A stretch of 61,289 bases of DNA from Limisphaerales bacterium (lineage in GTDB: Bacteria; Verrucomicrobiota; Verrucomicrobiia; Limisphaerales; CAIMTB01), in the NCBI GenBank assembly GCA_046155815.1, contig JBJXFY010000148.1, positions 1 to 61,289 of the forward strand. The letters are read 5' to 3'. Both the position numbers and the translations under genes were made by a program. This document shows positions 24,951-32,773 of this stretch, one piece after another. Position 1 is the first letter of the stretch, and the number at the start of each line of letters is the position of its first letter. The notes under the pieces are model-generated. The model saw nothing but the letters and a program-made list of their open reading frames with translations, did no database searches and was not told the DNA's origin.

Positions 24951-26654
24951 ATGGCCACCGCCCCCCGCCTCCGCCCCGCCGCGTTCTCGCTGTGGCTGGG
25001 GCTGCTGCTCTTCTTCGCCGTGTTCCTCGTGTACCCGGTGGGCTTCATGCTGCGCGAGGCCTTCTTCGACGGCGGACGGTTCACCCTCGGGCACTTCACG
25101 GCCCTGCTGGCAAACCCGGTGATCCTCTCCTCGCTGGGCAATTCCTTCGTGGTCGCCACGCTCACCACCGTGCTGGCCACCGCGGTCAGCCTGCCGCTGG
25201 CGCACGTCATGACGCGCTTCCGCTTCCGCGGGCAGGGGGTGTTCCATGCGCTGCTGCTGGTGCCGATGATCATGCCGCCCTTCGTGGGCGCCATCGGCCT
25301 GCGGCAGCTCCTCGCGCGCTACGGCTCGCTCAACCTCACGCTGATGGACCTCGGCTGGATGGACCCGGCGCGGCCGGTGGACTGGCTCGGCGCGAGCGGT
25401 CTCTGGGGCGTGGTGATCCTCCAGGTCTTCAACCTCTACCCCATCCTTTTCCTCACCGTGGCCGCGGCGATGGCCAACGTGGACCCCGCGCTCCGCGAGT
25501 CCGCGCAGAACCTCGGCGCCGGCCCTTTGCGGCTCTTCCGCTCCGTGACGCTGCCGCTGATCCTGCCCGGCTGGTTCGCCGGTGCGGTGATCGTTTTCAT
25601 CTGGTCCTTCACGGACCTCGGCACGCCGCTGATCTTCGGCCTCTCGAACCTCGTCCCGGTGCAGATCTTCGACTCGATCCTGGAGCTGAACACCAACCCG
25701 GCGGGGTACGCGCTGGTGGTCTTCGTGCTCGTGCTGACGCTCGTGCTGTTCCTCGTTTCCAAGCGGCTGCTGGCGTCGCGCAGCCACGCCATGCTTGCCC
25801 GCGGCCACACGGCCGGCGCGGCGGCGACGGCGGGCCGGCGGGCGACATGGGCGATCTGGGCGGCGCTGGGCCTGTTCGTGGCGGTGGCGCTGGTGCCGCA
25901 CGCGACGGTGATCGTGCAGGCGTTCGCCGGGCGGTGGTTCATGGCGCCATTGCCGGACGCGTTCACCACGGAGAACTTCGCCGAGGTCTTCGGCCGCGGC
26001 GGCGTCGGTCTCAGCATCCGCAACAGCCTCTTCTACTCGGGCCTGAGCGCCGGGCTCGACCTCGTGCTGGGCGTGGCCATCGCGTGGCTGCTCACGCGCC
26101 GCAGCGTGCCGGCCGCCGGCCTGCTGGACGCGCTGGCCATGCTGCCGCTCGCGCTGCCGGGGCTGGTGATCGCCTTCGGCTACGTGGCCGCGTTCGACTT
26201 CCCGCTGCCGTGGCTGAACCCGCGCGAAAACCCGACGCTGCTGCTCGTCATCAGCTACTCCGTGCGGCGGCTGCCGTACATCGTGCGGGCGGCCTACGCG
26301 GGCTTCCAGCAGACCAGCGTCACGCTCGAGGAGGCCTCGGCCAGCGTGGGCGCGGCGCCGTGGCGCACGCTGCGCCGCGTGACGCTCCCGCTCGTGGCGG
26401 CCAACCTGGTTGCGGGGACGATCCTCACCTTTTCCCTCGCGATGCTGGAGGTGAGCGACGGCCTCATCCTGGCCATGCGCGAGGAGTTCTATCCGATCAC
26501 CAAAATGATCTGGCTGCTGATGGGCCGCATCGAGCCGTCCGCCGCGTCGGTCGCGTGCGCGCTGGGCGTGGTGGGGATGGTGATCCTGGGCGGCAGCCTG
26601 TTCCTCGCCGCGCGCGTGCTGGGACAGCGGCTGGGGCAGTTGTTCCGTTCGTGA
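24951..26654 (+). CDS. fused two-domain ABC transporter permease (Fe3+/thiamine-type, FbpB/ThiP-like)
   Basis: 567 aa, about 12 TM helices, with two BPD-transporter EAA-like loops (ESAQNLGAGPLRLFRSVTLP and EEASASVGAAPWRTLRRVTLP). Confidence 0.85.
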   Translation: MATAPRLRPAAFSLWLGLLLFFAVFLVYPVGFMLREAFFDGGRFTLGHFTALLANPVILSSLGNSFVVATLTTVLATAVSLPLAHVMTRFRFRGQGVFHALLLVPMIMPPFVGAIGLRQLLARYGSLNLTLMDLGWMDPARPVDWLGASGLWGVVILQVFNLYPILFLTVAAAMANVDPALRESAQNLGAGPLRLFRSVTLPLILPGWFAGAVIVFIWSFTDLGTPLIFGLSNLVPVQIFDSILELNTNPAGYALVVFVLVLTLVLFLVSKRLLASRSHAMLARGHTAGAAATAGRRATWAIWAALGLFVAVALVPHATVIVQAFAGRWFMAPLPDAFTTENFAEVFGRGGVGLSIRNSLFYSGLSAGLDLVLGVAIAWLLTRRSVPAAGLLDALAMLPLALPGLVIAFGYVAAFDFPLPWLNPRENPTLLLVISYSVRRLPYIVRAAYAGFQQTSVTLEEASASVGAAPWRTLRRVTLPLVAANLVAGTILTFSLAMLEVSDGLILAMREEFYPITKMIWLLMGRIEPSAASVACALGVVGMVILGGSLFLAARVLGQRLGQLFRS

Positions 26655-26677
26655 CGCGGATGGCGGCTTCGCCCGGC

Positions 26678-27313
26678 TTACCGCGCCAGCGTGAACTGCG
26701 GGAGCGGTCCGGGCAGCCCGTGCTCTTCCGCGACCCGCCCAACGAGGCGGGTGACCGCCGCGACGGACAGCTCCGCCGAGGCGATGACGAGCTTGCCCTC
26801 GGCCATGACGACCACGCGGCAGGCCAGCGTGTCGTCCGGCCCGCCATCACGCAGGAACACGATCACCAGGTCGCCGTCGTCCAGCACGGTGACGGCCGGT
26901 TCCCAGCCCGGCCCGACGGCCTCGCGCGCCTGCACCAGCATCCCGGCCGGGTCCGGCACGTCGCGGCCGGGACGCAACTGGAGCACCGCCACGTCGGCCC
27001 CGCGCACCGCGTCCAGCGCCAGCCGCGCCTCGGGCGGGACGGACGCGCAGCGGGCCGCCAGCCGCACCGCCGCGAGCACCGGCCCGGCGGCGCGGCCCTG
27101 CACCATCGGCAGCCAGGCATCGTCCGAAACCACGCGCAATGACTCGCGGAGCGCGGCGGTTTCCGCGCCGGCGCGGAGGACGCTCCGCACCGTCCACGCC
27201 GCGCCGCCGACGAGCAGTCCCAGCGGCAGCGCCACGACGAGGGTCAGCCCGCCGAGCCAGAGCCACAGCCGATGGGCGGGCGGGGCGGGGCAGGTGGCGG
27301 CGGACGGCGTCAT
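26678..27313 (-). CDS. membrane-anchored hypothetical protein, distant paralog of the upstream DUF4252-like gene
   Basis: 211 aa. The ATG overlaps the stop of 27310-27891 (ATGA). It has an N-terminal TM helix. The C-terminal half (GWEPAVTVLDDGDLVIVFLRDG...VVVMAEG) parallels GWERVVTVQQAGAENVSVFVKARG...VVVTVLD of its neighbour. Confidence 0.5.
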   Translation of the reverse strand: MTPSAATCPAPPAHRLWLWLGGLTLVVALPLGLLVGGAAWTVRSVLRAGAETAALRESLRVVSDDAWLPMVQGRAAGPVLAAVRLAARCASVPPEARLALDAVRGADVAVLQLRPGRDVPDPAGMLVQAREAVGPGWEPAVTVLDDGDLVIVFLRDGGPDDTLACRVVVMAEGKLVIASAELSVAAVTRLVGRVAEEHGLPGPLPQFTLAR

Positions 27314-27891
27314 GGGGCGGCGGGCGCTTCCGCGGCTTCCTTGGCCTTCTCCACCGCCTCGCCGGCCTGCTTGAGCATCGGCAGGTTCAGCTTGTCGCCC
27401 AGCTTCGCAAGCTGCTCCGTGCGGATGTCGCCGACGACATTGACGAACACGCCCTCGCCGCCGGGATCAAGCACGGTCACGACCACCCCCTCGACCGCTT
27501 CGTCGCCTCGCGCCTTGACGAAGACGGACACGTTCTCCGCGCCGGCCTGCTGCACGGTCACGACGCGCTCCCAGCCGCGGTCGGTGAGCTGCGCGGCCAC
27601 ATCGGCGGCGCGTTGGGTGAGCTCGTCGCGGTTGGAATCATCGAGGCCGATGACGTTGACGCGGACCAACTCGAGGCCGCGGAGCAGGGCGGCGGCGTCC
27701 GGCTCGTGCTTCTCGGCGAGCTTGGCGGCGAGGCTGAGGAGGTTCTTCTTCACCTGCACCTCGACGAATTCGCCCTTGGCCGGGGCGGTGAACCGGCCGA
27801 AGTCCACCAGGCCGGCGGGGTCCGCGCCGAAGGCGGAGGCCCCGAGGGCCAGCGTGCCGGCGGCGAGGAGCCGGCGGAATGGGGTTTTCAT
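27310..27891 (-). CDS. secreted DUF4252-like protein
   Basis: 193 aa with a signal peptide (MKTPFRRLLAAGTLALGASAFG). The layout recalls DUF4252. Assignment is from memory of the family only. Confidence 0.55.
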   Translation of the reverse strand: MKTPFRRLLAAGTLALGASAFGADPAGLVDFGRFTAPAKGEFVEVQVKKNLLSLAAKLAEKHEPDAAALLRGLELVRVNVIGLDDSNRDELTQRAADVAAQLTDRGWERVVTVQQAGAENVSVFVKARGDEAVEGVVVTVLDPGGEGVFVNVVGDIRTEQLAKLGDKLNLPMLKQAGEAVEKAKEAAEAPAAP

Positions 27892-27991
27892 GCGTGGGAT
27901 TCTTTCGTTGCGGCGGAGGATCCCGCCGGGGACGAGAACCCGCCGCGGCGCGGGGAAGTTGCAGGAAGATTCTCGGATGCCGTCTCGGTGC

Positions 27992-28053
27992 TCGTCTTCC
28001 TCCCCGTTCTCGCCATGACAAGGCTTGTCCTACGAGGACGGGGAGGAGGACGA
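27992..28053. repeat. long GTCCTC/GAGGAC-type hairpin 9 nt downstream of tRNA-Ser(CGA)
   Basis: Arms 27992-28012 (TCGTCTTCCTCCCCGTTCTCG) and 28033-28053 (CGAGGACGGGGAGGAGGACGA) pair over 21 positions with two T:G pairs. The loop contains a nested palindrome, GACAAG-G-CTTGTC. Confidence 0.8.
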
Positions 28054-28062
28054 AAAGGAAAC

Positions 28063-28152
<90 letters not shown>

Positions 28153-28170
28153 GCGACTCGAAGCGGGGGT

Positions 28171-28199
28171 ATGTTATGCGAGCGCCCATGGAACGGCAA
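28171..28199 (-). promoter_or_regulatory. promoter candidate for tRNA-Ser(CGA)
   Basis: On the minus strand: TTGCCG, a 17-nt spacer, then TAACAT, ending 18 nt before the tRNA 5' end. Confidence 0.45.
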
Positions 28200-28292
28200 A
28201 GGGAAAGTCCGGGGGCGGCGCTCCGCCCAAGGGCCGGCCGGCCGGCGAAAGCCTCCGCGGCGGAGCGCTGGCTGGCGCGGAACAGCCGCCAC

Positions 28293-28329
28293 CAAAAGCA
28301 AACCGCCCGCCGGGTCTGCAGCGGGCGGT
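28293..28329 (-). terminator. Rho-independent terminator of PEP-CTERM gene 28354-29277
   Basis: Minus-strand sense: ACCGCCCGC, a 10-nt loop, GCGGGCGGT (9-bp stem), followed by TTGCTTTTGG. Confidence 0.65.
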
Positions 28330-28353
28330 CGTGAAGTAGTTTGAGGCAACCGA

Positions 28354-29277
28354 TCAGCGCCGGGCAAAGCGGCGGCGCAGCGACCAAGCGGCGAAACCGA
28401 TCAGGCCGGCGCCCACGGCGTAGGTGGAAGGCTCGGGGACGACGACCCGTCCAATAACTACGTCGTTGCCGCAGTTCGCGGTGCCCCAGAGGAACTTCGC
28501 ATTGGGATCGAGCGTAACGCCCAAGCTCGTAGCCAGTCCGGGAAGATTCGGGACGGTGAAAGTGACCTTGTTCTTGGGGGTCGCGTTGTTCGGCGTTCCG
28601 GCATTGTTCTCAGTCCAAGTCACCAGAACATTAAAACCCAATTCCGTCGCCCCATCGTCATTCAGCATCGTCGGCACTTCCAACCCCGAGCCGGAATTCG
28701 TTGTGCGGTAGCGGCCGGCATGTCCCGTGCTGCCGGAAAGGCCGAACAGATCCGTGGCCGTATCAATGCCGGTCGTCTGGTTGGTGATCCGAAAGACGTC
28801 GTCTTTCTCGAGATCCACGGTGCCTGCCCGGATGCCGCTCTGCGCGAGCACGATGCCAATGTCCCAGTTTGAGTCGTTGTTCAGGTCAATGAAGAAGTCC
28901 GACGTGAGGAAAGTGGTGTTGAAGCCGGTCTCCTTGATGTTGGTGAAGATCTCAAACGACGCATTACCCGTCACGTCGTCATAACTGACACCGATGCGGT
29001 ACGTCTCGAAGCCGGCGTTCTGGGTGCCATTCCAAGAATCGCCGACGACGTCTTCCCATTGCTCTCCATCAACATCGGTGGGGCCGCTGAACCGATTGAT
29101 GACTGCGCTTACCTGATTCGCGCCTGTGCCGACCTGAACGTTGGGCGGGGGATCGTCGTCTCCCCCGTTATAGTCGAAAAAGGTGGTTGAAAAAACGGTG
29201 GCCTGAACGGCCGCCGAGGCGCCCAAAGAGGCGGCACAGGCGGCGAGGAATTTCGCAGTATTGAATCGGTACGACAT
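28354..29277 (-). CDS. PEP-CTERM sorting-domain secreted protein
   Basis: ATG at 29277 (MSYRFNTAKFLAACAASLGASAAVQA signal peptide) inside ORF 28354-29487. The C-terminus is VPEPSTYAVGAGLIGFAAWSLRRRFARR (PEP motif, TM helix, basic tail). GC is markedly lower than the flanks. Confidence 0.85.
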   Translation of the reverse strand: MSYRFNTAKFLAACAASLGASAAVQATVFSTTFFDYNGGDDDPPPNVQVGTGANQVSAVINRFSGPTDVDGEQWEDVVGDSWNGTQNAGFETYRIGVSYDDVTGNASFEIFTNIKETGFNTTFLTSDFFIDLNNDSNWDIGIVLAQSGIRAGTVDLEKDDVFRITNQTTGIDTATDLFGLSGSTGHAGRYRTTNSGSGLEVPTMLNDDGATELGFNVLVTWTENNAGTPNNATPKNKVTFTVPNLPGLATSLGVTLDPNAKFLWGTANCGNDVVIGRVVVPEPSTYAVGAGLIGFAAWSLRRRFARR

Positions 29278-29374
29278 ATAGACAGGTTGGCCCCTAAGGA
29301 CGGAGACGATAGAACAGCATCGGACTTGAATTGCCAAGCCAAATATTCGGGGTCTTTTCTTCAAGCCCGCTGGG

Positions 29375-31237
29375 TCATTCCTGCGGTGGGCGCGTGCCTC
29401 CAACATGGACCGGAAGGAGCGGATTCCGCTTCGCGGCCTGCCGCTGCTGGATTTCAGAAAGAGCTGCAAGTTTTTCTCCTTCAGCAAATTCCGAGGCGTG
29501 GATCCGGGCGGTGAGCACGGCGATGCGGCCGTTCAGCCAGAGGTTGCGGAGCTCGCGCACGAGATCCTCAACCTGGCGGCGCTGGTGGGGCACCGGGCGG
29601 GCGTCCACGGTCACGGACGTGGCCAGGGCGACATCGGCAGGGTCCGCCAGCTGGCCGATCCAGGCGGACAACCCGGTCCAGGCGTCGGCCTGCTGGGCCT
29701 CCAGCCGCTGCTGGATGAGTTCGCGGACGCGCGGATGGCTGATCCAGGCGGGTTCAAGATGGAGCGCGAGCCAGCCGGCGTTGTCGGCGTCGAGCAGCGC
29801 GAGCTTGAGGAGCCACAGTTCGTTGGCCGGAGGGGGGGCTTCGGCCGCTTCCGCGTCGGCGGGCGACGAGTCGTCGGCGGGCGGTTCTGAACCGGGTGCG
29901 GGCTGGCCGCGCTGGCGGCGGAACTCGGCCCGCACCGCGTCCGCGCCGAGGGGCACGCCCGCGCCGGCGGAGAGCTCGATGGCGGTGCGCTGGGTGTAGC
30001 GCTCCAGCAGGATCGGGCTGCCGGCCTTGTGCAGCGCGGCGGCCATCGCCGACACCACCGCCTGCTGCCCGCCATCGCTGCGCAGGTCATTCGCCGCGCA
30101 AAGCTGCCGGAGGTAGAACTCAAAGAAGTCCACCGCGCCCGCCACCAGCGCGCGGAACGCATCCGCGCCGCGCTCACGGATGAAGCTGTCCGGATCGTGC
30201 GGCGCGGGGATGGTGGCCACACGGATGCCGAGGCCGCTGGCGAGCAGGTCATCCAGCGCGCGGGCGGCGGCCTTCTGGCCGGCGGCGTCGGAGTCGAAGC
30301 ACAGGACGACCTCCGCGGCGTAACGCTTGAGGATGCGGGCGTGCTCGCCGGTGAAGGCGGTGCCCTGCGGGGCGACGGCGTTCTCCACGCCGGCAAGGTG
30401 GCAGGCGATGGTGTCGAGCTGGCCCTCGCAGACGAGGGCGGTGTTGGCGGCGAGGATGGCGCGCTTCGCCTTGTCGAGCGCGTACAGGACGCGGCTCTTG
30501 GTGAAGAGCGGGGTCTCGGGTGAGTTCACGTACTTGGCCGCCCTGGCCTCGGGATCGAGCACGCGCCCGCTGAAGGCGATCACGCGGCCCTGCTCGTCGC
30601 AGATGGGGAACATGAGCCGGCCGCGGAAGCGGTCGTAGGTGCGGGGCGGGCCGCCGCCTTCGGGTTCGCGGGTGACGACGACGCCGGCCTGTTCGAGCAG
30701 CGCGGCGTCCCAGCCCTTGCTGCGGCCCCAGTTCAACGTTTCATCCCAGGCGTCCGGCGCGTAGCCGAGGCGGAAGCGGCGGACGGCCTCGTCGCCGACG
30801 CCGCGGCGGGCGAGGTAGTCGCGGCCGGGCTGGCCGGCGGCGTCGTGCGTGAGCACCTGCTGCCAGCGGCGGCAGAGCTGCTCGTGCAGGTCGCGGAGCT
30901 TCTCCTTGAGGCCGCGCTGCTCCGCGGCGGCGGGGGAGTCGTCGGTCTCGACGCGGATGCCCGCGCGTTCAGCCAGCTTGCGGAGCGCCTCGGGGAAGGT
31001 GAGGCCCTCGTGGTCCATGACGAAGCGGAAGACGTCGCCGCCCTTGCCGCAGCCGAAGCAGCGGAAGATCTGGCGCTGCGGGTTGACGTTGAAGCTGGGG
31101 GTTTTCTCGCGGTGGAAGGGGCAGAGGGCGACGAAGTTGGTCCCGGCTTTCTTGAGCGGCACGTAGGCGCCGATCACCTCGACGATGTCGCTGGCGGCGC
31201 GGACCTGTTCCTTGAGGCTGTCGCTGAAGCCGGGCAC
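29375..31237 (-). CDS. dnaG: DNA primase
   Basis: GTG at 31237 (VPGFSDSLKEQVRAASDIVEVIG). Zinc ribbon CPFHREKTPSFNVNPQRQIFRCFGCGKGGD, then a TOPRIM region (ALVCEGQLDTI ... CFDSDAAGQKAA). The 304 codons upstream in ORF 29375-32149 are rejected. Confidence 0.9.
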   Translation of the reverse strand: MPGFSDSLKEQVRAASDIVEVIGAYVPLKKAGTNFVALCPFHREKTPSFNVNPQRQIFRCFGCGKGGDVFRFVMDHEGLTFPEALRKLAERAGIRVETDDSPAAAEQRGLKEKLRDLHEQLCRRWQQVLTHDAAGQPGRDYLARRGVGDEAVRRFRLGYAPDAWDETLNWGRSKGWDAALLEQAGVVVTREPEGGGPPRTYDRFRGRLMFPICDEQGRVIAFSGRVLDPEARAAKYVNSPETPLFTKSRVLYALDKAKRAILAANTALVCEGQLDTIACHLAGVENAVAPQGTAFTGEHARILKRYAAEVVLCFDSDAAGQKAAARALDDLLASGLGIRVATIPAPHDPDSFIRERGADAFRALVAGAVDFFEFYLRQLCAANDLRSDGGQQAVVSAMAAALHKAGSPILLERYTQRTAIELSAGAGVPLGADAVRAEFRRQRGQPAPGSEPPADDSSPADAEAAEAPPPANELWLLKLALLDADNAGWLALHLEPAWISHPRVRELIQQRLEAQQADAWTGLSAWIGQLADPADVALATSVTVDARPVPHQRRQVEDLVRELRNLWLNGRIAVLTARIHASEFAEGEKLAALSEIQQRQAAKRNPLLPVHVGGTRPPQE

Positions 31238-31414
31238 CAGCAGAGATAGGGCAGGGGAGCGGCGGGGAGAAGGGGAAGTGGATGGAGGATAGTAGATGGC
31301 GGGAGGCCGGCGGGGCGAGGCGCCTCGGAAATCGTCGGCGATGGGGCGTCGTCGCCACGGGTCCGCCCTGCTTGACGCCGCGGCGCCGGGCGACCATCCA
31401 TCCGGCCCGCCGCC

Positions 31415-32260
31415 ATGATCCGCCTCTGCCAGCAAATCGCCGACGCCCGCTGGTTTCACCAGCTCGTGCTCGGGGTGATCCTCGCCGCCGGCGTGCTGGT
31501 CGGGCTGGAGACCTCGCCCGCGATCCTGGCGCGGCATGGCGCGCTGCTGCACGCGCTCGACCGACTGGTGCTCGGCGTCTTCGTGCTGGAGATCGCCGTG
31601 AAGCTCCTGGGGCGGGGCCGGGAGTGGTGGCGCTTCTTCGCGGACGGCTGGAACGTCTTCGACTTCATCATCGTGGCGGTGTGCCTGCTGCCGTTTCCGA
31701 CGCAGTTCGCGGCGGTGCTCCGGCTGGTGCGGGTGCTGCGCGTGCTGCGGCTGGTGACGGCGCTGCCGCGGCTGCAGATCCTCGTGGGCGCGCTGCTCAA
31801 GAGCATCCCCTCGATGGGCTACGTGGCGGTGCTGCTGCTGCTGCACTTCTACATCTACGCGGTGCTGGGGGTGAGCTTCTTCCGCTCGGGCGACCCGGAG
31901 GCGTTCGGCAACGTGGGCCGCGCGATGCTCACGCTCTTCCAGATCGTCACGCTGGAGGGCTGGGTGGACCTCATGGACCGGCAGTTCGAGGCGGGCGTGC
32001 TGGCCGCGCCGGGCATCGTCGCGTACTTCGTGTCGTTCATCCTGCTCGGCACGATGATCATCCTGAACCTCCTGATCGGCGTGATCATGAGCGGCATGCA
32101 GGAGGCGCAGGCCGAGGCCGAGGCCGCGAACCGCGCCCGGCACCTGCACGACGCGGGCGCGCCCTCATTGGACGACGACTTCCGTGCGGTGGAGCGGCGG
32201 ACCAAGGAGCTCGCCGAGGCGGTCGAGCAGCTCCGGCGGCGGACCGCGCGGCGCGATTGA
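31415..32260 (+). CDS. voltage-gated ion channel, single 6-TM domain (BacNav/NaChBac-like)
   Basis: 281 aa. S4 segment with Arg every third residue (AAVLRLVRVLRVLRLVTALPRL), a pore/selectivity segment LFQIVTLEGWVDLM, and a C-terminal coiled-coil-like tail. Confidence 0.85.
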   Translation: MIRLCQQIADARWFHQLVLGVILAAGVLVGLETSPAILARHGALLHALDRLVLGVFVLEIAVKLLGRGREWWRFFADGWNVFDFIIVAVCLLPFPTQFAAVLRLVRVLRVLRLVTALPRLQILVGALLKSIPSMGYVAVLLLLHFYIYAVLGVSFFRSGDPEAFGNVGRAMLTLFQIVTLEGWVDLMDRQFEAGVLAAPGIVAYFVSFILLGTMIILNLLIGVIMSGMQEAQAEAEAANRARHLHDAGAPSLDDDFRAVERRTKELAEAVEQLRRRTARRD

Positions 32261-32296
32261 GGCGGCAACTTTCCCGCGCCCCGGGTGTTGCCCCGT

Positions 32297-32325
32297 TTGA
32301 CGCTCGGGGAGCCGCTTCCTAGCGT
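32297..32325 (+). promoter_or_regulatory. sigma70-like promoter candidate for the pseudopilin gene
   Basis: TTGACG (32297-32302), a 17-nt spacer, then TAGCGT (32320-32325), about 30 nt upstream of the ATG at 32355. Confidence 0.35.
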
Positions 32326-32354
32326 CGCTGCAGACAACGCCACGCGCTCAAGCC

Positions 32355-32732
32355 ATGAAACTCCGCCCCGCCTCACGCCGCGCCGCCTTCACGCTGGTCG
32401 AGATCATGATCGTGGTGGGCATCATCGGCCTGCTCGCCGCGCTCGCCATCCCGAACATCACCAAGAACCGCGAGACCGCCCAGCTCAACGGCCTGCTCAG
32501 CAACCTCCGGGTGATCGACAATGCGAAGGATCTCTGGGCGCTCGAGACCAACAAGGGCACCGGCGACACGCCCACGCCGGACGAGATCAAGGTCTACCTG
32601 CGCAACAATGAAATGCCCCGGCCCGTCGTCGGCGAGACGTACACGATCAACCCCGTCGGCACGCCCGCCTTCGCGGTGACGAGCCGGAAGCTCGGCACCA
32701 ACGCCCCCGGCGTGGAAATCCGCGCGCCCTGA
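32355..32732 (+). CDS. prepilin-type N-terminal cleavage/methylation domain protein (type II secretion/type IV pilin-like pseudopilin)
   Basis: 125 aa. Contains AAFTLVEIMIVVGIIGLLAALAIPN, the class III signal and hydrophobic helix. Confidence 0.85.
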   Translation: MKLRPASRRAAFTLVEIMIVVGIIGLLAALAIPNITKNRETAQLNGLLSNLRVIDNAKDLWALETNKGTGDTPTPDEIKVYLRNNEMPRPVVGETYTINPVGTPAFAVTSRKLGTNAPGVEIRAP

Positions 32733-32773
32733 CCTGCCGGCCCGCCGCCAGCCTCGGCGCGTGGCCCCCGAGT

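Noticed and set aside
24683-27142. 819-aa plus-strand ORF, with similar ORFs at 24762-25901 and 15066-16955 (both minus strand), 13729-15381 (minus strand), 43538-45094, 37420-39180 and 9013-10386
   Set aside because: All of them overlap genes with clear family signatures (ABC permease, glycosyltransferase, gatB, E2, gyrB, AsmA-like) in other frames or strands. They translate to Arg/Gly/Ala/Pro-rich low-complexity sequence, a GC third-position artefact.
31238-32149. N-terminal 304 codons of the 924-aa ORF 29375-32149, which would make a giant primase fusion
   Set aside because: This part is Arg/His/Gln/Glu-rich junk. It lies antisense to the well-supported ion-channel gene (31415-32260) and crosses the divergent promoter region. 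The DnaG homology starts only at GTG 31237.
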